DNA of 45,395 nucleotides from NCBI GenBank assembly GCA_002245135.1, contig NGBS01000606.1, positions 62,001 through 107,395 of the forward strand. The letters run 5' to 3'. The DNA is from Proteromonas lacertae. Lineage: Eukaryota. The translations under genes and the position numbers were made by a program. Of this stretch, positions 37,601-45,395 are shown one piece after another; positions within the stretch are counted from its first letter, which is position 1; every line of letters starts with the position of its first letter. A model generated the notes under the pieces. The model ran no database searches, had not been told where the DNA came from, and saw only the letters and a list, made by a program, of their open reading frames with translations.

Positions 37601-40600
37601 CATTTGCTTCTGTAAATGATTATTATTCATATATTTCATATTCCAAGAAAGTATCAAAAAGGAATAAAGAATGATTTTAAAGATATAATAAAAGAGATTA
37701 ATAATTGTGAAAAGGAGATTAATGAAATTGAAAATGAATATTCAATAATGGCATGAGGAATCAGAAAAAAGAAAAAAAGAAAAGGAGAGAATTGTAAGAC
37801 GAAAACCAATACAATCAAAAGTGTTTATCTCAGAAGGATATGAATATAAAAGAGATAATTCAAAGTCAAAAAAAGATAAAATGAATTTAGCTAATGTGAT
37901 ATTTATAACGAATATCAAAGATCATGAATTTATTCTTCCTGAAGATGATTATTTTGAATTACCTCCATTAGTAAAATCCAGATCTAATCCAATTATAACA
38001 ATTCCAATAATCAATCCATCTAACATCAATATATCTGATTGAATCAAAGAATTGTCATAGTATAATAACACCAGCAAGTGAATTAGAAATAATGGTTGAT
38101 AATCCAGAAGTAGGAGAAATAGAAATACCAATAAAAATATCAATTCCAAACAAGTCAATTGAAATGAAAGTGAAAATTTGAAGTGAAAGAATATGACGAT
38201 GTTTTCTTCACAAATTATCAATGTGGAATTGATTCAAGTCATCCAAACAGATTAATCTATACATGTAAGTATTAATGATGCCTCCATTTGAATTAACATG
38301 GTATGATGAAAAAGGAAAACACTACAATACAACATAATAGGAAAGATGATATTAAAATGAAAGTTGATGATCGTTATTCTGTTTATTATGTTTCTTCTTT
38401 AAGTCAACCATTAGGTTTTAAATTTATAGAAAGAAAAGGAAAATGGAAGATTATATAAAGCCTGATAAGAGAATCTCCATTAAATGATATTGTTGGTTTG
38501 CCAAAAGATATAGTTGATGTAGATGAAAAATTAAATCAAATACAACAAAAGAATAGTTTGACAGAATATGTTAATGGTTTAAAGAATATATTCTTATCAA
38601 AACTATCAAATAATGAAGATGTAAGTGATAAAGTAAATCAAATAATTTCCTATTTATATCATATATCAGTTAACAAAGAAGATTATCTGAATAGTATATT
38701 CAAATTAGTAAATGATAATCTTCAATACATAAACACTCAAAATCATCCATTAATATGGAAAGAAAAACGAGAATTAGGAAATGAAGTTGAGAAAGAATAT
38801 AAACAATCCACAAAATGATAGAAAGAAAGCAGTTGCTGAAATAAAACAGAATGAGAATATCACATTATTAACAAGAGTCAATAAAGGTGATAATAACAAT
38901 GGAAAAGGAAAATTAGTAAAATTGAGTAATAAGAGAACGTGATAAAGATATAAATGTTATAGCAAGTGCTTTTATAGGTGATATGAATGCTGAAATAGAA
39001 GATGAAGCAAATGAAGAAAATGAAAATGATGAAAATGAGAATGATATGAATGAAGAGCATGTTGAAAGACAGAAAGATAATTTGAGGAATATGAATGTAA
39101 GAGATATATTAGAACATTTCAAAACTATGACATTAGATGAATATTTCAAATCAATAAATGAAAGAAGAAATGATAAAGATGCAACAAAGATAATGAAATT
39201 GAAAGAAGAAGAGAATAGACTTCCATCATCAGAATTTAAACTAATCAATGAAATTGATACTAATATGATGAAAGAATATAGAAAATCATTATTGAAAATA
39301 TGTTTATTATATGACAAATGAGATAAGAAATCTAAATTCAAAGAGAGAAAACCCATTACAACTGATTCAAACATTGACAATAATAATTGATACATCATTT
39401 ACTCATAAGAAATACAAAGCCAGATTAAGATCATTAACAGCATGTATATTATTATTGATTTGTAAAGAGTTGAATATATCAACCCAAATATTAGCATCAT
39501 TATCTCATGGTCAATGTATATCAATAGCTGAATATAAAGAAGATTTATATATAAAAATGAGTCGAATATTTGATTTAGAAGGAGTAGAGAAAATGCCTTC
39601 AACTCCATTAGATGTATTTTCATATCCTGAAGATACACCAACAAATAATCCAAAGCATGATCATATGTATATAATAGTAAGTGATTGTTTTTCAGAACAA
39701 TTATTAACATCCAATGATGATGTATGTAATTTCATAAGAAGTAATTTGAAAGTATTATTTTTGATGAGAATAAATGGAAATAATGATCATCCAGATGAAT
39801 TATTATCACCTGATAATTCTGCAATGATGAAAAATGTGTTGAATACAATTTTACATCAAATAACAATATAATGATTGATAATGAAAGATGTTTTGAAGAT
39901 ATGAAATATTTTGTGAAATTATATCCTTTCTTCTATTCTGAAAGAGTAATAGAATATAATATACCAAAAGATATAAAACCCCAATCTAATCCAAATATAA
40001 ATGATAATTCAAAATCAATAGGAATAGGATTATATGAAGTAAAAGAAAAAGATATATATGCAGTTTTAATTGATGATAGTAAATATCATGGAAATACAAT
40101 AAAACTACCAGCTGTTGGTGATAAAGATTTAGATTTCATAAGTCATGGAAATGGTAATGTTGTATTACATAAATATTTGACAGAAGAATATAAAGAGTAA
40201 TTTGTTATTTTACCCATTAAATTCTTCTTTAACAATTCCAAACAAACCAACAACATGGATAGCTAGTGTATCTGGAACATCAATTCATTTCCAGAATTTC
40301 ATAAAGTTCATAATAACAGGAATAAGTGATGGAAAGTTATTCAAAAAGAAAACAGGAAATAAGATAAGATCTTATAGTTTATCAATAGTGTTAGATGCAT
40401 CTTCATTCACAATGAATCCAATCAATATATCTCATACATTAAAGACATTTTATACCTTATTAAGAGGAATATGTGAAGTGAATGTTCCAGCCATAGATAT
40501 TTGGATTGCAACTGATCAAATAAACAAAATAGGAACAGGTTTAAACTCAACCGATGCTTGGAGTCCAATAATAATGAGTTCAATAAATCAAATAGTAGAA

Positions 40601-42725
40601 ACATGTAAAGATCATCCAATTGAAGTGACTTGTTTATGTGAAACATTACAATATTCAATAGCAACTTGTACATCCAGACCATATAGTCCAATAGTATTTG
40701 TATTAACCAATAACAATATGATGAATAAAGAAATGAAGATAAGATTGAAAGAAGTGATAAAATCAACTGATTGTAATATAATTGGAATGGGAGTTGGATA
40801 TAATTTATATGTTGATAATATGAAGAATTTATTCCCTCATTATTTATGGAGTTATAATCCTGATAATTTAGACAAAGTAATATCTTCAATGAGTAATCCA
40901 ATCATAAAAAGAAAGGGGATTTACAAAAGTGTCCATATCCATTTGAAAATGGTTCAATCAATGATTTAACAATGCCAGTTTCAATAATGGATGAAATAAT
41001 GGTGAAATTTATAAGTGAATTATATTCTGTATATGAATTTAGAGCCAAGTTCTTTAATGTATTAAAGACTCAAGATGGAGATATAAATGCTTTAGAAGAG
41101 AATGTGGCAAGTAATGAATATGATTTAGGTAAAGATGGTGCATTTAAAGGATTTAATGTATTGATAGTGATATTATATTTATGTCGTGGAATAAGAGATT
41201 CAAGAACAGGAAATATAATAGATCCAGATATAACTGATGCTATATTACAGAATGGAAAAGCTGATGAAAAAGGAGTAAATCATAGTCCAGTAAAGAAACT
41301 TGAAGAAAAAGGCTTTAGAGTGTTGGTAGTTTATGATTATTATACAGCAATTCAAGAAATAGCTACAAAACAATATAGAAGTGTAATAGTAACATGTAGT
41401 GATGGAACAGGAGTATTTCCTAAAGAAGCAGCTAATACAGAGTTTGGTTATTTATATTCATTTATTGATGTATTAAAACAGTTTTATGAATGTGGAGGAG
41501 GTATATTTTGGATGTTAGAAAACTATCCATATACTTATGAAGCAGATATATTCTTTGAGAGAGTATATGGAATAAAAGAATTGTGTGATGATGTAGATTT
41601 AGCTGGAGGAAAGACAATGAGTCGAGATGTAAGTGCAACAGCAGGTCATTTCTTAACAGTTGGAGAAGATGCATTCCAATTTAATCTCGACAATTTGAAG
41701 ATTGATACTGGATTGAAATATATATTTGAAGGTAAAACTTTAGCATGTTTAGATGAAAAAGCATTAAAAAGAATAGGATTTAAGAAGTTTGCATGTGAAT
41801 CAACAGGTAAAGCTTCAATAATGTTGAAAGAACAAGAAGGAAATAAAGGTAAAATGGTGATAGATACAGCTTCAACGAAATTATTTTTAGAATTCACAAG
41901 TGATGGAACAAGTAGATGGATTAGTAATGCTGTTGTTTGGTTATTGAATATTGATAGTTATTTCTCATGTAATAGATTCAATGGAAATATTCCAAATACC
42001 TTACCAATTCAAGTTGATATGAGTAAGATAAAAATTGATAATTCATATTCAAAAAGAGAGATATCTAAACCAGTGAATTTCTGTTTATCAGTTGTAATGG
42101 ATTGTACTGGATCAATGGAACCTTATATTGAAAGTACAAAGAATTTAATTATATCATTATTCAATGAATTAAATGAAATAAAAAATGCAGCACGTGTAAA
42201 CAAAAGGTCTAAAATATGTGCTCAATTCGTTGGATATAAAGATTTTTGTGATGGTTCAAATTCTTTTCATAATTCAGGTGTTACAAGTAATTTTTCCAGT
42301 ATTGAATCATTTATAAGTGGTGTTAGTGCTGGAGGAGGTGGTGATGAATGTGAAGACGTAGTAGGTGGATTAAAACAAGCTTTTGATAGATTATATCCGT
42401 ATAAGGATTATAAACATATGATAATATTTGTGGAGATGCAGCTAATCATGGCGATGGAGGAGTTGATGATTATCCTACTACTCATCCAAAAACAGGAAGA
42501 TTGTGGGATGATGAATGGAGATATGTAGTAAATGAAATGGTTAGTTATGAACCAGATGTTTATTTTATGGCTGTTGGTAAAGATTCGATATTAAGAACAA
42601 GACAAAGATTGATGAAATTCTATCCTAAAGTTAAAGATTATCAAGCGAATGATGCTTCACAGTTTTCCAGAGTAATGAGAGAAGCTGTAACAGCTCAATA
42701 CAGAGTATATGTAGGAGTTTCATAA
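28664..42725 (+). CDS. Giant (~4,600 aa) midasin-like protein: UBL - 6x AAA+ - linker - acidic tract - vWA - MIDAS vWA - GATase-like domain - vWA; fragmented by many single-base indels
   Basis: One intron (28763-28793). Walker A motifs GKTSSAKT, GHKESGKS, GDPGVGKS, GPSPSGKS; Walker B LLDELSLA, LFDELNLA, VIEDINLA; ERLNSLLE/ERLNSLCE, FRIIATQNP. vWA motifs IIIDTS, SIVLDASS, VVMDCTGSM..GGGDECED..GDAANHG. Consecutive same-strand ORFs overlap or abut to the stop at 42725. Confidence 0.8.
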
Positions 42726-42992
42726 TATTATACAAAATTATTAAAATATATAATTAATTGTTTATTTAATTCTTCGAAATAGTAATTCATTAAAAAAAGA
42801 ATTGATTATTCTTGATAAACTTTTAATAATTCGATAATACATTCACTTCCAATATTCTTCTTTCTTCTTCATTAAATTCATCTTCTTTATTATCTTCATT
42901 GTATTTGTTCATTATTACATTTTGAATTCTCTCATCTTTTATACAATATATTTCTATATGATTTTTACATTCATTTTTCTTTAATTCTATTT

Positions 42993-43677
42993 TCATTTCT
43001 TCAACATTTCTTTATTCTCTTTTTCTATCTCTTTCTCTTTTATCTTTTCACTATCGATATCTTCTTCTATCAAATGTTTAAAATCATCTTTAATCTCTTT
43101 ATTATCTTTCTCATTCTTTTGGAATTTATACCATTCTAATAATCGATTTAATAACCATAACTCATTCACTATTATCACATCTCTCATATTTAATATCTCA
43201 ATCAAATTATTCATTTCTAATTTCAATCTCAACAAATATTCATTCTTATATAAATATTTATATCCTCGCTTTTCTATTTCCATATTTTTCAAGTCTTCTA
43301 TCTCTCTCAAACATCCACCAAATACATTACAGATATGAATTAATTTCATTAATACTTCATCATCTATATTATTCTTCACAAATCATAACAATCATTTATT
43401 ACTCTTTTTCACAATAACATAAACAAAACATCAACACTTCACACACATTCTCTTTACAGATTATCAGTTCACCACCACTGTAGTATTTCTCTATCTCATA
43501 ATAACCAATTTCTTCGATTTCTTCATATAACTCTAAAACTCCAACAAACTCACGATCTAACAACAGTTTCTTTACAGTTTCATTTCTATTCACTAAAATT
43601 GATTTGATTGACATTATTCGATTATCTCCAATCTTCACTTCTATATCACCAAAACCACTTTAACCAATTTTCGACAT
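42993..43677 (-). pseudogene. BTB/POZ-BACK domain gene, disrupted (in-frame TAA at codon 6; frame break ~43380-43400), intronless
   Basis: GDIEVKIGDNRIMSIKSILVNRNETVKKLL and ELIICKENVCEVL (BTB-like); LIEILNMRDVIIVNELWLLNRLLEWY (BACK-like). Confidence 0.55.
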
Positions 43678-43800
43678 AATCTATCATAAAAGTAAATATA
43701 AAATATACCCCTCTTCTCTTATGCTTTTATTTACTTTTATTATAATGGTAAAATGTCGAAAAAAAAACAATAGAAATCATAATAAATTTTAATATTAGTT

Positions 43801-45395
43801 TTAAGGAAGATCACCCATAGGAATGGCAGAATCATCATCTGGTGAATCATCTCTTCTCTATTAACAATATAGATAAAACATTATTAATTATACTGATTGT
43901 CTTCTCTGAGTATTACTATTATTATTTTTAGGTGAAGAATTGTGATTCTTTGTTGTTCTTCCATGATTAGATCTACTTCTACTTCGATTATTTCTCTTTC
44001 TTTGATTGTTACTATGTGAACTTGATCTTGATCTACTGTATTTACGTTTTGATCTTGAATTAGCTTTTGTTGCTGTTGATGATGATTTATCTGTATTTTG
44101 AGTAGTTGAAGTAGGTGGAAGAGGTGGTGGTGGTGGTGGTTGTGTTTTCTATTTATAATAATAACAATAATATCAATACATTTAATGCATTTGGATCATA
44201 AGCTATTTCTAATGCTGTGATTGGTGTATCATCAATATTTGAATGATATTTTGTAGTTATTGCTTTCTTGGCATCTTCTAGATTCGTATGTCTTTCAAAT
44301 GTCAAGTCTAATGTCAAACCATCAGGTTGAGCTTTATCAATATATTTATGTCTATCTACAAAACGCAATATATTTCAACTTCTTGTTCTCTTACTGGAAA
44401 TACTCTCAGTATAAATTTCTATTATAAATATTAATTATAATATATATATATACAGATGGCTTTATAATTACTGGAGGATCTGCTGGAGGTTTGTCAGAAA
44501 AATTACTTGTTTTTTGTTTATTATTTCTAGATGGTGATCTTTTATTATCATCATTTCTTCTTCTGTTATTATTATTGTTTCTATGAGATGTTGATCTAGA
44601 TCTAGATAATGATTTCCTATCTCTTCTATGACCAGATCTGCTTCTATCTCGATTATTTCTTCTATTACTATTGTGATATTTATCTATTGATTTATGGTGA
44701 CTATAACTGCGTGATCTTCTACTTGAATGCCTTCTATGATGACTTGGACTACGGCTATTGTGTCTTTTTCTATTGTTATTATTATAACTATTACTTCGAC
44801 TTCTTCTTCTATCTTTATCTCCTCTCTATATTCTCATTATTACTATTGGTATTTCTTCTATTGTTATTATTACTATCATTTCTGGAAGGACCAGGTAAAG
44901 AATGGAATGTTACTAAAAATGGAATATCATTTATCTATATATATATTACAATAATATATATATATATATATATTATATCCATCTTTTCTAATTCATTCAA
45001 AGCTCTACCAGCTGCTGCAGTACTTTCATATGATAATATAAACATATTGCTTTCTGTTTCTTCAATCTTCTCCACTTTCTCCACTTTACTACCTAATCTT
45101 TTTACTTCATCAATATCTAATTTTCCTTCACTTGTTATATTCAATTGAAATGTCTTTTTACCATGTGAATATTGTAAATTCCAAGCAAAACCTCTCTCTC
45201 GATGATTTCTTAACCCATTTACTGCACATTTTGCTTCTTCCACTGTTTTATAATTCACAAAGATATGAGCTAGTTTATATCCATGTTTAACTTCTGGTTG
45301 TTCGATTTCTATAATAGTACCATATTGTTTGAAGATATTTTCTAATTCATTCTTCTTTAAATCTCTACTAATTCCACCAACAAATAGATATGGAC
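43801..45395 (-). CDS. Multi-RRM protein with RS-rich regions (SR-like), 5'-partial, several apparent indels
   Basis: YLFVGGISRDL...IFKQYG...HIFVNY (RRM), second RRM MFILSY..TAAAGRAL, RSRS-rich tracts, three GTAT..TAG introns, stop TAA at 43803-43801. Confidence 0.75.

Noticed and set aside
28273..43662. TAA reassignment or read-through suggested by in-frame TAA at 28273, ~38456 and ~43660
   Set aside because: Conserved genes contain no internal TAA and many end in TAA at the expected C-terminus. The three cases lie in otherwise disrupted or error-rich sequence.
44609..45148. 179-aa Tyr/Phe/Leu-rich plus-strand ORF
   Set aside because: Antisense shadow of the RS/Asn-rich region and an AT microsatellite intron of the minus-strand gene.

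Overview
Gene-dense, very AT-rich eukaryotic (protist) nuclear DNA with tiny spliceosomal introns (mostly 25-36 nt) and short intergenic gaps (some under 120 bp). BBS9 and a TTLL4-like tubulin glutamylase point to a flagellated cell. Tiny introns, retained minor (U12-type) introns and TGTTTGTT motifs in 3' regions resemble the Blastocystis/Proteromonas (Opalinata) lineage; that assignment is inference only. I could reconstruct 17 protein genes or gene remnants by hand-splicing: a Pro-rich protein (partial), BBS9, HEATR6-like, a 2xRRM Musashi/hnRNP-like protein, archease, TTLL4-like, two tandem BAR-SH3 paralogues, PSMA6, a CaMKK-like kinase, GARS1, RRS1, an EF-hand-SAM-MAP3K, a disrupted glycosyltransferase-like gene, a ~14 kb giant AAA+/vWA gene, a disrupted BTB-BACK gene and a partial RRM/RS protein. 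The main observations are: (1) a ~4,600-aa midasin-like paralogue with the architecture ubiquitin-like domain - six AAA+ modules - linker - acidic tract - vWA - MIDAS vWA - GATase-like alpha/beta domain - third vWA, almost intronless and inside an accessory-looking island; (2) two U12-type introns, one AT-AC and one apparently AT-AA, sharing a variant TCTTTAAT branch motif; (3) all ~45 GT-AG introns I could place read GTAT...TAG, with G at +5 in only 5; (4) sharp gene-conversion-like tracts between the BAR-SH3 paralogues. Many single-base frameshifts, mostly +1 in short homopolymers and also in essential genes, are most likely assembly errors. All domain calls rest on motifs recognised by eye, with no database searches.
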